Below, piece after piece: positions 1 through 14,510 of a stretch of 64,000 nt of DNA (positions are counted from its first letter, which is position 1; each line of letters starts with the position of its first letter). Under the pieces are notes generated by a model that was given only the letters and a program-made list of their open reading frames with translations, was not told where the DNA came from and did not search any database. The translations under genes and the position numbers were made by a program. Location of the stretch: positions 9,672,001 to 9,736,000 of the forward strand of contig NC_073401.1 of assembly GCF_028641065.1 (NCBI RefSeq), given 5' to 3'. This DNA comes from Leucoraja erinacea. Lineage: Eukaryota.

Positions 1-290
1 GCCACCCATGGTGCCATGAACTTGGCTGCTGCTGCATTCCCCTGATGAGCAATCTCCCTCAACAGTTTCCAAAATGGTATACCTGTTTAGGAGGGAGATG
101 ACCGCAGGGGACTCCTGCACTACCTGCCTACTGCTTTGCTGACTATTGGCCACCCGTTCCCCTTCTGTCCTCTTACCTTTTACCTGCGGTGTGACCAACT
201 CACTGTACGTGCTGTCCACGACTTTCTCAGCGTCATGGATGCTCCAGTATGAATCCAACCGCAGCTCCAATCGTTCAATGCGGTCTTGGC
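1..290 (-). mobile_element. CR1-type LINE ORF1 fragment
   Basis: The minus strand encodes VQESPAVISLLNRYTILETVEGD, resembling the 'LxNRY/F' motif of CR1 ORF1. Confidence 0.5.
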
Positions 291-344
291 TTTATCATCT
301 TGGCTTTGCACCATGTGAATTTCAGACAGCGCTCCCCCGCTTTC

Positions 345-524
345 NNNNNNNNNNNNNNNNNNNNNNNNNNNNNNNNNNNNNNNNNNNNNNNNNNNNNNNN
401 NNNNNNNNNNNNNNNNNNNNNNNNNNNNNNNNNNNNNNNNNNNNNNNNNNNNNNNNNNNNNNNNNNNNNNNNNNNNNNNNNNNNNNNNNNNNNNNNNNNN
501 NNNNNNNNNNNNNNNNNNNNNNNN
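345..524. other. Assembly gap
   Basis: Run of N. Confidence 1.
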
Positions 525-851
525 CAGCTTTTCAGGCGAGTGCCGTGAACTTGACAGTTGCCGGCAGTCCGCTGAAAAATGGCCTAAGTGGGACAGGCCC
601 TTCAGTCTCCCACCCAGTTCTGAAACTTCGGTTCAAAGTGACCGAATCCTCACACCTGACCCACTTTAGACACCAATACACCCATCGCTCGTTACTTTTA
701 AATAATGTTTGTTTCCCATGTGCTGGGACCACACATTGGTCCTGTGAGTTTATCCTGTAACATTGCTGACCACACTATTTATTTCAAGTTTCAGACAAGC
801 AGCAGGGGATCCTTCTACTAAAATACAAGAAAAAAGTTAGAAAAGAATTTG

Positions 852-1105
852 GGAGGCACAGTGGTGCAGCAGTGCCAGAGACCAGGGGTCGATCCTGACA
901 ACGGGTGCTGTCTCTGGGTATGGAGTTTGTACGTTCTCCCCGTAACCTGCGTGGGTTTTCTCCGGGAGATCTGGTTTCCTCCCACACTCCGAATCGTAAA
1001 ATGTCCCACGTGTATGTAGGATAGTGTTAGTGCGTGGGGATCGCTGGTCGGCGCGGACTCGGTGGGCCGAGAGGGCTGTTTCCGTGCTGTATCTCTAAAC
1101 CAAAC
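852..1105 (+). repeat. HE1-like tRNA-derived V-SINE
   Basis: tRNA-like head (ggcacagtggtgcagc...gatcctgac), V-domain (gtttgtacgttctccccg...ggtttcctcccaca) and CR1-like tail. Confidence 0.8.
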
Positions 1106-1724
1106 AAAACTAATTCAGTTATCTCTGGACCAAGTTTGGACCAAGGCTGTGATGAGGTTTCGAGCTGAAAGGTCTCTGTTAAACTCAAACTGTATTAAAT
1201 TGAAATAAATTGTTGAGCAGTTTATTGGAAAGCAAACTCCACTTGGTAGCAATATCAATAATACTTCCCACTACTTTGCTAGTGATTGATAACAGGCTGA
1301 TTGGGCTATAATTAGCCAAGTTGAATTAGTTCTGCAATTTGCTAATGGGATATAATTGCACAATTTTTCACACTGTCAGGTTGATGCCTGTGTTGTAGTG
1401 CAGCCATGGAGTCACGCAGCACGGAAACAGGCCCTGCTGCCAGCCAGTCCATACTTCGTTGGTCCCATTCAGTCCATATCCTCTACTATCTGTCTGCCTT
1501 TCTAAATGTCTTTTGAGTGTCGCACTTATATCCCTCTCTACAGCTTTCTCTGGCAGCTACTTCCATATACCCACCATGTTCAGCATGAAGAAATTGCCCC
1601 TTATACTCTTTCAAATCTCTTCAATTGTTTCTCCTCTCACCTTAAAACTATGCCCTCTAGTCATGGACTTCTTTATCCTGGGATTGATCTTATCTGGATG
1701 GTGTTCTGGAGCATTAGCCATCCA

Positions 1725-2220
1725 CTGTGTACAGATACAAGATAACGTTTAGTGCAAGATAAAGTCCAGTAAAGTGATTAATGATAGTCTTGAGGGTCCC
1801 CAATGAGGCAGATAGTAGCTCGGGATCACTCTCTAGTTGTTGGTAGGATCATTTGCCTGATAACAGCTGGAAATAAACTCCTTGAATCTGGAGGTGTGCA
1901 TTTTCACACTTCTGTACCTCTTGCTTGATGGGAGAGGTGAGAGGGGAGAAGAGGGGGTGACTAGGGTGGGACTGGTCCTTGATTATGCTGATGGCCTTGA
2001 TGAGGCAGCGTGACGTGTCGATGGAGTCAATGGAAGGGGAGGTTGTTTTGTGTGATAGTCTGGGATGCTTCCACAATTCTCTGCAACTTCTTGCAAAGAC
2101 GGAGCTGTCCCCAAACCATGCTGTGATGCATCCCGATAAAATGCTTTCTATGGTGTATCTGTAATAGTTGGTGAGAGTTGTCGGGGACATACCGAACTTC
2201 CTAAGCCTTCTATGAAAGTA
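1725..2220 (-). mobile_element. Rex1-like LINE 3' fragment (continues at ~2695-2850 after a nested CR1 insertion)
   Basis: RRLRKFGMSPTTLTNYYRYTIESILSGCITAWFG...SRCLIKAISIIKDQSHPSH. Confidence 0.75.
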
Positions 2221-2692
2221 GTACCAGGTTAATTCCCGGGATGGCGGGACTGTCATATTCTGAGAGAATGAAGCAGCTGGGATTGTACACTCTGGAATTT
2301 AGAAGGCTGAGAGGGGATCTCATTGAAACATATAAGATTGTTAAGGGCTTGGACACACTAGAGGCAGGAAACATGTTCCCGATGTTGGGGGAGTCCAGAA
2401 CCAGGGGCCGCAGTTTAAGAGTAAGCCATTTAGAACGGAGATGATGAAACACTTTTTCTCACAGAGAGTGGTGAGTCTGTGGAATTCTCTGCCTCAGAGG
2501 GCGGTGGAGGCAGGTTCTCTGGATGCTTTCAAGAGAGAGCTAGATAGGGCTCCTAAAAATAGAGGAGCCAGGGGATATGGGGAGAAGGCAGGAACGGGGT
2601 ACTGAATGGGGATGATCAGCCATGATCACATTGAATGGTGGTGCTGGCTGGAAGGGCCGAATGGCCTCCTCCTGCACCTATTGTCTATTGTC
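2221..2692 (+). mobile_element. CR1/HER1-like LINE 3' end
   Basis: LSYSERMKQLGLYTLEFRRLRGDLIETYKI; 3' UTR ending in (tattgtc)n. Confidence 0.85.
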
Positions 2693-3199
2693 TAGAGGTA
2701 TTGGTGTCCTTTCTTGGTCATAGCATCAATATGGTTACTCCAGAGGACAAGTTGCTGGTGATATTTATCCTAGGAATTTGAAGCTTTCGGCCATCTCTAC
2801 TTCGATGCTGTCAGTGCAAACCAGGATATGTGTACCGCTTCACGTCCTCAGGTGGAACAGTGTTCCTACAATCCATTGGTTGAGGCTACATTTTGCTTCT
2901 CCTCCCTCTGTGTTCAACCAGCACTTTGGTTTGTGCTCCAGATTCAACCATCTGCAGTCTGCAACGTCTCCATTCCACTCTGTCTATCACATGCTGCTTT
3001 TGCTATTAAGTGCTCAGCTAGTCCTGGTGTTACAGCTTCATCAGGCTAGCACAGAGACGAGCATTAGCCTTGATCATAATGGACGGATCTGCCAGCAACA
3101 AGAATTCACACGCATGTTTGAACTAAGGAACATTGAACTAATGGAACATTTTCTGGAGTGAGGGGTTAGAAATATCTAAAATAATGAGAAGCATGTGTA

Positions 3200-3970
3200 C
3201 AGTAAACATTTTTGCAGGGCAGAAATGTAAAAAAAAACTAGATGACACGGCTTTAAGGTGAAAGGGGCAAAGATGAAAAAATATATACAGGGTCAAGACA
3301 ATTTGAGAGTGGTGGGTGCATGGAATGTGCTTCCAGGGTTGGTGGTGGAAGCAGATATGATTGTGGTACTTAGGAGGCTTTTAGATAGGCACATGGATTT
3401 GCTGGGAATGGAGGGATATGGATCACATGCAGGCAAAGGGGATTAGTTTAACTTGGCATTATAATGAAATAGAGAGAGTACAGAGGAGATTTACTAGAAT
3501 GTTGCCTGGGTTTCAGCAACTAAGTTACAGAGAAAGGTTGAACAAGTTAGGTCTTTATTCTTTGGAGTGCAGAAGGTTAAGGGGGGACTTGATAGAGGTC
3601 TTTAAAATGATGAGAGGGATAGACAGAGTTGACGTGGATAAGCTTTTCCCATTGAGAGTAGGGAAGATTCAAACAAGAGGACATGACTTGAGAATTAAGG
3701 GACAGAAGTTTAGGGGTAACATGAGGGGGAACTTCTTTACTCAGAGAGTGGTAGCTGTGTGGAATGAGCTTCCAGTGGAAGTGGTCGAGGCAGGTTTGAT
3801 TCTATCATTTAAAAATAAATTGGATAGTTATATGGATGGGAAAGGAATGGAGAGTTATGGTCTGAATGCAGGTAGATGAGACTAGGGGAGAATAAGTGTT
3901 CGGCACGGACTAGAAGGGCTGAGTTGGCCTGTTTCCGTGCTGTAATTGTTATATGGTTATATGGTTATAT
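3200..3970 (+). mobile_element. Nested CR1-like LINE 3' ends
   Basis: IERVQRRFTRMLPGFQQLSYRERLNKLGLYSLECRRLRGDLIEVFKMM...FFTQRVVAVWNELP; (atatggtt)n tail. Confidence 0.85.
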
Positions 3971-4058
3971 TATGTCCGGCACGAACATTGGGCCTGAACG
4001 GCCTGCTCCTGTGCTGCACTGTTCTATGTTCTCAATCAATTCAAGGACCTCAGCAGTG

Positions 4059-4310
4059 TAATAATAATAATAATAAATTTTATTTGTGGGCGCCTTTCAA
4101 AAGTCTCAAGGACACCTTACCGAATTTAACAAGAGTAAAAAACATATAATCGGAGTAAAATAAATAATAAAGACATCACCAATACACAAATTAAAGACAG
4201 AATTCGATCCAAAGACAAAAAAAAATCAAAAACACAATGTGAAGAGAGAGCAGCGGCAGCTAAACCGCGCCAGTGTACACTCTCCCTTCCGACAGCCATC
4301 TTGGACACAA
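4059..4310 (-). repeat. L2-like retroposon 3' end with (TTA)n tail
   Basis: Minus strand ...ttgaaaggcgcccacaaataaaatttattattattatt. Confidence 0.45.
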
Positions 4311-6864
4311 ACTAAATTAATCACTTACACACAAAATTCATCCCCCCTCAATGGTTACCACTGTGGGGGAAGGCACAATGTCCAGTCCCCATTCCTAGTT
4401 CTCCCAAAGTCAGGCCTATTGAGGCCTCCGCTATTGCCTCTACGGAGGCCCGATGTTCCTGGCCGTTCTCGCCGGGTGGTGTCGCCGGGTGGGCAGAATT
4501 AAGGAGAAGGTGACGATCACATCTCCAAGGACAACGTGTTCACGATGAGCATTCCAATTTGGCCCTCTCTGCTTTGCCAACAGGAGCCCTGAGAGAAGTC
4601 ACACATGGGGCAAAGGTGAAGCAGAACATTGGCTGTGAGATGTGAGACCTCCATCATGCCTATATACACTGCCACAAAAACCTATTCAGTAGGCCAGTGA
4701 TTAGGCAATCCTAACGCCAATGCAGATTGGTGATGGGGTCACACCAAACCAAAGGCAGAAAAGAATTTCTAATTAGCCTCAGAGCACCAATTATTTTCTA
4801 TCTTTTCGTGGATCAAAATGATGCCTCCAATCAGCCATTGAAAAGATTTGTTGGGGACATGCCAAACTTCCTAAGCCTTCTAAGGTGGTGCTCTCTTGGT
4901 GATTGCTTCAACATGGGTGGGCCAGGACAAGTTGTTGGTGATATTTACTCCTGGGAATTTGAAGATTTCAACCATCTCTACTTCAGTGCTATCATGAAAA
5001 GGAAAAGGAAGGAAATAGATGTGTGGGTACCTGTATATCTTTTTGTGATAATCATGGGTCATCGGCTAAATAGAATGCTGCTTCAGAGGAATGTGCCATT
5101 TAATTTCAATGGGCAATGGTTACTTCAGTGAGGGAAGTGGAGCAGTGAGATGTAAAGCTGGTGGGCAGAAGAGGGGAAAGAGGAGGATAAAAGGGAAATA
5201 TGCACTCGGGAATGGGAGAAGAGTGTTCGGAGGTGGAGAAAAAAGTGCAGGATGACTAGGGTGGTGAGAAATGATGGAAGGATTGTGTACACACCAGGGT
5301 GGGTGGGTATTATCTGAAATTGGAGAATCAATGTTCATACCATTAGGTTGTAAGCCTCCTAAACAAAATACCTCCGAATATGAAGTGCTAATATATTATG
5401 AATTCCCCATTTATTGGTATTTACAGACTATAGAGAAACATAACTTAATCATGAAAGACATTTGGTTCTGTAGATGTTGGGACAATATGTTACCATAATA
5501 TGTGTAGCATCCTACAGAGTTCTCATAGAGAGATTGATTCAGCTCTTGGGGCTATAGGAATCAAGGGATATGGGGAAAAAGCAGGAACGGGGTACTGATT
5601 TTAGATGATCAGCCATGATCATATTGAATGGCGGTGCTGGCTCGAAGGGCCAAATGGCCTACTCCTGCACCTATTTTTCTATGTTTCTATCCTCTCCAGT
5701 TGCATAGATAGGTACCACAAGAAGGAAACTGGGCATTTTTGAAAACAGAAGGGTAAATTAAGGAGTGGCAAAAGGATTGTCCCTCTGAAATAGGGAGAAG
5801 GGATGGGTTGATGGGTCTTCTGGTGGAATCTCATTGAGGGGAACAGATATGACAGAGAATTATAGATGTAGATGGGGTAGAAAGTGAAGAGAGGTGATTA
5901 GTTTAGTGTGGTGTAGTGTAGTCATAGAGTGTGGAAACAGGCTCTTTGGTCTACCGAGTCCACGCCGACCATCGATCACCCGTTCACACTAGTTCCATGC
6001 TATCCCACTTTCTCATCCGCTCCCTACAAACTAGGGGACAATTTACAGAAGCCAATTAACCAACAAACCCACACGTCTTTGGGATGTGGGAGGAAACCGG
6101 AGAACCCGGAGGAAACCCACGCGGTCACAGGGAGAAGTTGCAGACGCTTGTGTTAACTCCGCTGTTGAGAACAAAGTGCAGGAAATGGAACAGGTGCAAA
6201 AGTTGGGAGTCCCATAAAATATGACAGAGGTGAAGGCATAGTGAAAGAAACCACATCTGAGACGCACAGACTTGGAAAGCGCCATCGTCGAGAGACACCC
6301 AAGCAGGGGATTATCTGTTTGCTGGTCCCAGAAGCGGATCTGCAATCACTCAATCACTCCATTCTTTTAAACCTCGACTCAAACTGCAGCATTTCTTACT
6401 TTAACTATGCTATCTTCAATTGGACTTTACTGGACTTTATCTTGCACTATACATTATTCCCTTAACCCTGGATCTGTACACTGCGGACAGCCCGATTGTA
6501 ATCGCATATAGTCTGACTGGATCGCATGCAACATAAAGCTTTTCACTGTACCTTGGTGCACGTGACAATAAGCTAAACTAACGTGAAGAAGCAAAGTCAC
6601 AAGAGAAACCGGCAGAATGGAACGGAATCCTCGCGGGAGACAGGATGGGAGGAATTATAGTGAGGATAATCATCACTGACATGCCCTGAAATGGACGGAG
6701 TCAAGAAAGGGAAGGGACAGAGATGGACTCTGTGAATGTGAATGCAGGATGGAAATTGCCAGCAAAGGTAATGAAGTAGTGTGAGACCAGGAAGATGCCA
6801 TAATACCATCACCTATTGTGGGTATATGGATCAAGCTGGCAGATGAAGGTGGTGAGGCAGGTCA

Positions 6865-7300
6865 TAGAATCGTAAAGTCTTACAGCACCCTTCAGCTCAA
6901 CTTGCCCACACCGGCCAACTACTCTGTGTTTGGCCCAAATCCCTCTAAACCTGTCCAATCCATGTGCCTGTATAAATGTTTCTTAAACATTGCAACAGTA
7001 CCTGCCTCAATTACCTCCTCCAGCAGCTTGTTCCATACACCCACTACCCTTTGTAAAAAGTTACCCCCTCAGGAGCTTATCTTTTCCCTCATCTTAAACC
7101 AATATACTCTGGTTCTTTACTCCCCTTCTCTCGGCAAGGCACCCGATCTATTCCTCTTGTGGTTTTGTACGCCTCTATAGATCACCCCTCATCCTCCTGC
7201 GCTCCAAGGAATAGAGTCCTAGACTGCTCAACCTCTCCCTATTGCTCAGACCCACGAGTCCTGGCAACACCCTCTTAAATCTTCTCTGCACACTTTCCAG
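6865..7300 (-). mobile_element. CR1-like LINE 3' fragment
   Basis: Same family sequence as 25070-25550 (atcacccctcatcctcctgcgctccaaggaatagagtcc). Confidence 0.7.
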
Positions 7301-8119
7301 GTACAATAACATTTAAATGATGCTTAGACAGGTACATAGATAGGAGAGGTTGAGAGGGATGAGAGCATGCAATTATTCAAGGAGAACTGGAACATGAATA
7401 GGAAAAGTTTGGAAGGATATGGGCCAACATTGGAAAGCATGGACAAGATGGGCCGAAGGGCCTGTTGCTGCGCTGTATGACTCTGTGACTCTATAACTCT
7501 GCCTGGGATATAAACCCAACTCATTTGTTAAGGAATTCATGGGGGCAGCTGTCATCAGGTTCATGTTTGGTGAGGAGTGTGTAAATGTTACCTTATGAGA
7601 GCACTGGAATTTGAGAATGAGAGATCGACGATAAATCACAACTTTATTAATTTACAACCTCCCACACTGGCAAATTAAAGAATCATTCATGCTTCTGTGG
7701 TCATTTACGCTGTTCCAACTTAATGATATGATTATGCCCACTATTAAAAATATGATTGTCTCTTTACACCCAGACGTTATTTATCACTGTCTCGGATCTG
7801 AACACCGCTGTGTGGTTAGATTTTAAATATAATTAAGTAACAATGACTGAACATTAAACAGTACATTTTGACTCTCTTAAATCTTTAATTGCTTGTTGCC
7901 AACTGACCTTGATGTTAGCTGCTGGAAGTGGAGTTCCCATGCTTGATCCAGCCAGGAGACTTTATAAGGGGATACAGTAAAAGCAACAGCATTTTAAAAC
8001 CCAAAAGATGGCATTTTGCAGACAATTATGAAATGGATCAGCATAGGTGTGTATTTGTTCCTTTGTGGCTGTGCAACTGTTTGACAGCCATTACCCCCAT
8101 CATTCTGCTTCTCCCCATG

Positions 8120-8820
8120 TGGCACTCACAGCGCCAGGGACCCGGGCTCGATCCTGACCTCGGGTGCTATCTGTGTGGAGTTTGCACATTCTCCCTTTGA
8201 CTGCGTGTGCTTCCTCCGGGTGTTTAGTTTAGAGTTTAGTATAGATACAGCATTGGTACCTGAAACGGGCCCTTCGGCCCATCGAGTCCATGCTGACCAT
8301 TGATCACCCCTTCACACTAGTTATCCCACCACACAACCAGGAAACCAGGAGCAATTTACAGAGGTCAATTAAACCTACAAACCCACATTATCCCATGTTC
8401 TCATCCACTCCCTGCACGGTAGGGACAGTTTACAGATGGCCAATTAACTGACAACCCCGCTCATCTCATGGATGTGAGAGGAAGCAGCAGCACCCGGAGG
8501 AAACCCACGCAGTCACAGGGAGAACGTGCAAACTCCAAATGGACAGCACCCGAGGTCAGGATTGAAGCAGGGTTTCTGGCGCTGTGAGGCAGCAGCTCTA
8601 CCGCTGTGCGTCACTGTGCCGCCCTGGTGCTCTGGTTGCCCTCCACATCCTAAAGAAGTGCAGGTTTGCAGGTTAATTGGCCTCTGTAAAATTCCCCTAA
8701 TGTGTAGGGAGTGGATGAGAATGTGGGATAACATAGAGCCAGTGTGAATGGATGATCGATGGTCGGAGTGGACTCGGTGGGCCAAAGGGCCTGTTTCAAT
8801 GCTGTATCTTTCAATCAATC
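8120..8820. repeat. Nested/inverted cluster of HE1-like V-SINEs
   Basis: A plus-strand copy is split (8120-8222 and 8625-8820) by minus-strand copies. Confidence 0.75.
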
Positions 8821-9200
8821 AAAACCCTGGAGAGCCTGAACAGTCAGGAAAACAAACCACTGATGAAATTTAAACCTGGGGAAACAATGTTGTAATGCAA
8901 GTGGCAAGGGGCACCAAATTGGTGGGGACATTAGCTCATGTACACATGAACAATGCAGCTGAATGCATTTTATATGTCACATCTATGCTGCCATTTGGAC
9001 ATGGATAATTCTGTCCATTCTTGTTTCTTATACACCAGAACACACATGCATCAGCTGAAAGGAGGCACCCTCAACAATTGTATTGTCTACTGTTCCCAGC
9101 TTGGTTGTTTGTTAAATTCTACTGTCAGTCGCTGTAATTTTCTCGAGTGCTCTGCTGAAGCTTGCGGAATATTGTGGTAAATGCAAAAGAGGTTTGTGCT

Positions 9201-9602
9201 GAGTTTAGTTTAGTTTAGTTTAGTTTAGTTTAGTTTAGTTTAGTTTAGTTTAGAGATGGAACAGCAAGGCCCACCGAGTCCACGCCGACCAGCGATCACC
9301 CATCCGCAAGATTTATCCGACACTTTAGGGACAATTTTCGGAAGCCACTTGCACGTCTTTGGAATGTGGGAGGAAACTGGAGCACCCAGAGAAAACCCGC
9401 AAGGTCATTTTAAACCCAACCAATTAACGCATAAACCTGTACGTCATTGAAGCGTGGGAGGAAACCGAAGATCTTGGAGAAAACCCATGCAGGTCAGGGG
9501 GCAGAACGTATAAACTCTGTGGGGGCAGCACCCATAGTCAGGATCGAACTCAGGTCTCTGGCGCTGTAAGGCAGCAACTCTTATCGCAGCGCCACCGTGC
9601 CG
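9201..9602 (-). repeat. HE1-like V-SINE with expanded (CTAAA)n tail
   Basis: (agttt)n at 9201-9253 adjoining a minus-strand SINE body and head. Confidence 0.8.
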
Positions 9603-12196
9603 AGTTGTTAGACAGGAGCACATTAGTGAGCATTCCGTGGAGGAGAGAATGAGTGGAAGAATTGCCTGGTACAGCGGGATAGAAGGGAGAAGGAGAAGGC
9701 ACTTTGCAGAAAGACAAAGCTTCCCAGGGCTCGGGAAGGTTCCAGTTATCCAACTGAATCTCAGTGAGGAGCAGCATGTGAAAGATTCAGAACTCATTCC
9801 GGATTTATGTACTGAGATGTGCCACCCACTGTGACCACACACCCAGCGGAGCATGAGGACTGCCAGAAGCTGTCAAGACGACGGTGACATCTTGTACACC
9901 AGCTCCAGCAGGCTGCAGACGGCCGGAGTCTGATCAATAATGGGAGGTCACTGACACTCTCAATTCAAAGAGAGCTAAATGCCTTTCATTCTCTGTGGCC
10001 CCTGAGCAAGATGGTTAGGGAACACACAGTGATGAGGTGCACAGATGTGTCGGGGATGGGCCATGTCAAATCCATAATGTGTCTCAGCTAACAAGTGTAG
10101 ATCCATGTAGATTTTCTCCGGGTGCTGTGGTTTCATCCCACATTCCATGGGATAAAGGTTTGTAGGTTAATTGGGATATCATAGAACTAGTGTACAGGTG
10201 ATTGTTGTGTAAGAAGGAACTGCAGATGCTGGTTTAACCCGAAGATAGACACAAAAAGCTGGAGTAACTCTGCGGAACAGGCAGCATCTCTGGAGAGAAG
10301 GAATGGATGACGTTTCAGGTCGAGACCCTTCTTCAGACCCCAGAGAGCATTGTCCACATTGCTTATGTCCCCTGAAATGTCACCCAATGTCTACCAACCT
10401 TTATCCCACGGAATGTGGGATGAAACCACAGCACGCGGAGAAAATCTACACGGATACAGGGGGAATGTACAAAATCCGTACAGACAGCACCCATGGTCAG
10501 GATCAAACCCGGGTCTCTGGCACTATAAGACAGCTACTCTATCGCTGGACCATTGTGCAGCCCTGAAGAATGAGATCACCTCTCATTCTTCCAAACACCA
10601 AAGAGCATAGATAGACACAAAGTGTTGGAGTAATTCAGCGGGTCAGGCGTCATCTCCGAAGAAAAAAGATGGGTGACGTTTCGGGTCAGGGCCCTCCTTC
10701 AGACTGTGGAGAGCATCGTCCAGATTGCTTATGTCCCCACTTTGGACAACCCCATGACCTCTCCCTCAATCCCCATACCAGGAACCAACCTGCTGTTTAT
10801 TCCTGCACGCCTTCTATTATGTATATTCTTCATCAGGTAGGATGAGCAGAGCTGCGCAGTCTGAGTTTGCAGTCTCACCAGGGGCCTACATAATTGCAGT
10901 TTCACAGTTTTAATCTTGAGATGATCTTGAGCAGCACTCGGCTTCATATCGTACCAACTCTGCCGCAGAAATAACAGGCGTGGACTAATCTCTCATCACT
11001 CCAGCACCAGGGATGTAAGAATTTAGCCTCCAGAGTCTATTACAAGAGACTCAACTGATAATGAAAGCATGCATAATCACCAGCAGAACCACTGAAAGAA
11101 ATGGGTACCCAAAGATAATTGCATTGCTGAAGAAAGAGCAAGCATGATCAGCAAGCAAGTAATCGTTCAACAATGCTGCACAACAACAGAGAGTGCTGCT
11201 CGAGATGAATTATCTTCATGATCCAAGAGGAAAAGAGATTCAAGATTTTTTACAACTTGAAGTTAAACAAAAACCTTTGCGGCACGGTGGCGCAGTGGTG
11301 GACCCCTCTAGTGGAGGAAGTGGAGCAAGGGGGGGGGGGGGGGGGGTGTATGTTGAATGCCAAATCCCAATAAATAGAAGTGATGAATGGAAGATCTTCG
11401 ATAGATGGCAGAGTTCATCACTTCTGACAGTAAATGATAAGAACATTTTGATAGTGGATGTTCATCAGAACTCACAAAAGGGTTGTAGTGAGAAATACAT
11501 GTATGTTACGTTAGATAATCTATAAACAAGACAATGGGTTCTGCGTGAAGAGAGAAGACCGGAGACACAGGTAACTACGGATGCTGCAACCTGGAGCAAC
11601 AGACAATTTGCTGCAGGAACTCAGTGGGTCATTGGTCATGAGGAATAGGAGTAGAATTAGGCCATTCGGCCCATCAAGTCTACTCCACCATTCAAACATG
11701 GCTGATCTATCTCTCCCTCTTAACCCCATTCTCCTGCCTTCTCCCCATAACCTCTGACACCTGTGCTAATCAGGAATCATGGGTCGATCTGCATCTGTGG
11801 GTGGAATGCATTGGTTGACGTTTCGGGACCTGAGGGAGGGTTTCAATCTGAGGAAGGGTCCTGACCTGAAATGTGGCTTTGCCCATTCCCTCCACTGATG
11901 CTGGTTTATTCCGGAGATAGGCACAAACTGCTGGAGTAACCCAGAGGGTCAGGCAGCATCATTGGAGAAAAAGGATGGGCGACGTATTGGGTCGGAATTC
12001 TTCTTCAGATTGGAAATAGTGGGGGGGGGGGGGGTGACTGGAGGTAGGAAAAGATGGAGTGTAGTTCTCACGAGTTTTTCTTTTTGTCCGCAAGACTATA
12101 CTCAGTCCTCTGCCACTTCACGTTTGCAGTAAGTCTCCAAGAGGTGAACCAGCACCAGTGCAGAGCAGTACACATGCTCATTTTGTGCAGGTGCAG

Positions 12197-12495
12197 TACG
12201 GTGGCACAGTAGTAGAGTCGCTGCCTTACAGTATTAGAGTCCTGGGTTCGATCCTGACAATAGGCGCTGTCTATACGGAGTTTGTGTACGTTCTCCCCAT
12301 GATCTGCATGGGTTTTCTCCTGGTGCTCCGATTTCCTCCCACACTCCAAAAGACTTACAGGTTTGAACGTTATTTGGCGTCAGTAAATTATCCCTAGTGT
12401 GTAGGATAGAGCTAATGCACAGGTTATCGTTGGTCAGCGTGGACCCAGAGGGCCGAATAACTTGTTTCCACGCTGCATCTCTAAAGAAAACTAAA
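12197..12495 (+). repeat. HE1-like V-SINE
   Basis: Head, V-domain and tail all present. Confidence 0.8.
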
Positions 12496-12721
12496 CTCAT
12501 TTTAGTTTGTCCCTCTGGGGACAAGACACTGTATTGCTGTCCATGTTCACTGACAAAACACCTCAGCTGAAATTGTATTAGGAGGCATGGAACATAATCA
12601 CATCCAGGTACTTCATAGCACCATGCTTTGATGCATTGTGATACAACAATTGTGTTTTGAAGTAAGTAATACAATGACATGAGACTTGAAATTCGTATTG
12701 ATTTATACTTGGTTTATACTC

Positions 12722-13150
12722 ACTAAAATTTAGGAGATTGAGAGGGGATCTTATAGAAACTTACAAAATTCTTAAGGGGTTGGACAGGCTAGATGCAGGA
12801 AGATTGTTCCCGATGTTGGGGAAGTCCAGGACAAGGGGTCACAGCTTAAGGATAAGGGGGAAATCCTTTAAAACCGAGATGAGAAGATCTTTTTTCACAC
12901 AGAGAGTGGTGAATCTCTGGAACTCTCTGCCACAGAGGGTAGTTGAGGCCAGTTCATTGGCTATATTTAAAAGGGAGTGAGATGTGGCCCTTGTGGCTAA
13001 GGGGATCAGGGGGTATGGAGAGAAGGCAGGTACGGGATACTGAGTTGGATGATCAGCCATGATCATATTGAATGGCAGTGCAGGCTCGAAGGGCCGAATG
13101 GCCTACTCCTGCACCTAATTTCTATGTCTCTATGTTTCTATGTTTCTATG
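12722..13150 (+). mobile_element. CR1/HER1-like LINE 3' end
   Basis: RGDLIETYKILKGLDRLDAGRLFPMLGKSRTRGHSL; (ttctatgt)n tail. Near-identical to 34885-35456 and 48333-48660. Confidence 0.88.
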
Positions 13151-13559
13151 TATGCAAGCTGCACCCATTTTATTTCGTAAAGGACTATCGAACCAAATTG
13201 TTGCATAAAATATATGGTGATTCATCACCAGTACATTACAGTGCACGTCATACATAATGAAGGCAGACTTTCCAGGAGGTCAGACAATGCCCCCAGCGCC
13301 CAATGTGCAGGTGAATCAGCCTTCATTAACGTAATCCTCTTTCGTGCCTTCCACAGCAGGACTCACTCGCGACCTTGCCTGCCCTCCAGGGAGCTGACAC
13401 ACATACTGCCTGGTGACTGGCTCACTGTGTGCGCATCCCATCTCAAACTTGACCTCTACTTCTCCCAAAGTCCCAAGTCCCAGGTTGGAGAATGCATGTG
13501 TCTGATGGATTGTCACTGTGCCTCCTGCTGCAGAGTCTTGCAAACGACCAGCTACCAGG

Positions 13560-13832
13560 AGCGGCACTGTGGTGCAGCAGTAGACCTGCTGCCTTACAGT
13601 GCCAGAGACCCTGGTTCAATCCTGACCATGGGTACTGTCTATGCGGAGTTTGGCCGTTCTCCCTGTGACTATGTGGGTTTTCTCCACTTTCTCCGGTTTT
13701 TTCCCACACTCCAAAGTGGCTTGGTAAAATTGTAAATTGTCCCTAGTGTGTGTAGGATAGCGTTAGTATGCAGGGATCACTGGTCGGCGCGGACTCGGTG
13801 GGCTGAAGGGCCTGTTTCCATGCTGTATCTCT
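13560..13832 (+). repeat. HE1-like V-SINE
   Basis: Head, V-domain and tail all present. Confidence 0.8.
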
Positions 13833-14136
13833 GAACGGATCCTGGTCAGATGCTGGTCCTCACCTCCCCGAAACAAGATGCAAGAGGAAGATTAGTTATG
13901 GCCGCGTTTTCATTAATCTCTGAAATTCTGATGGAAACCAAGATCCATCGCAGCCAAATCCACGATCACAATCTGATCACAACCCATCTGAAGAAGGGTT
14001 TTGGTCCGAAACGTCACCTGTTCCATCTCTCCAGAGATGCTGCCTGACCCACTACATTACTCCAGCACTTTGTGTCTATCCATGATCACATGCATAGTCT
14101 TGACCAATTAAACCAAATAGCCAGAGAGCCACGTGA

Positions 14137-14432
14137 GGCAGCACAGTGGCGTAGCGGTAGAGCTACTGCACCACGGCACCAGAGATCTAGGGTTCAATAC
14201 TGACCTCGGGTGCTGTCTGTGCAGACGTTGTACTGTCTCCCCGTGACCGCGTGGGCTTTCTCCGGGAGCTTCGGGTTTCCTTCCACATTCCAAAGACGTA
14301 CAGGTTTGTACGTTAATTGGTTTCTGCAAATTGCTCCTAATGTGTGGGATATGAAAGTGGGATAACATGGAACTAGTGTCTGGATGATCGATGGTCGGTG
14401 TGGTCATAGGGCCTGTTTCCGTGCTGCATCTA
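14137..14432 (+). repeat. HE1-like V-SINE
   Basis: Head, V-domain and tail all present. Confidence 0.8.
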
Positions 14433-14510
14433 TAAAACCAAGGCGTGAGAAATGCATCATGTGCACTCATCAATATGGTGGTGATTGTTGAGTGTGCTTT
14501 AGGGCATGTC

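Noticed and set aside
146-760. 204 aa ORF (and the ORFs at 17194-17605)
   Set aside because: Artefacts of translating through N gaps.
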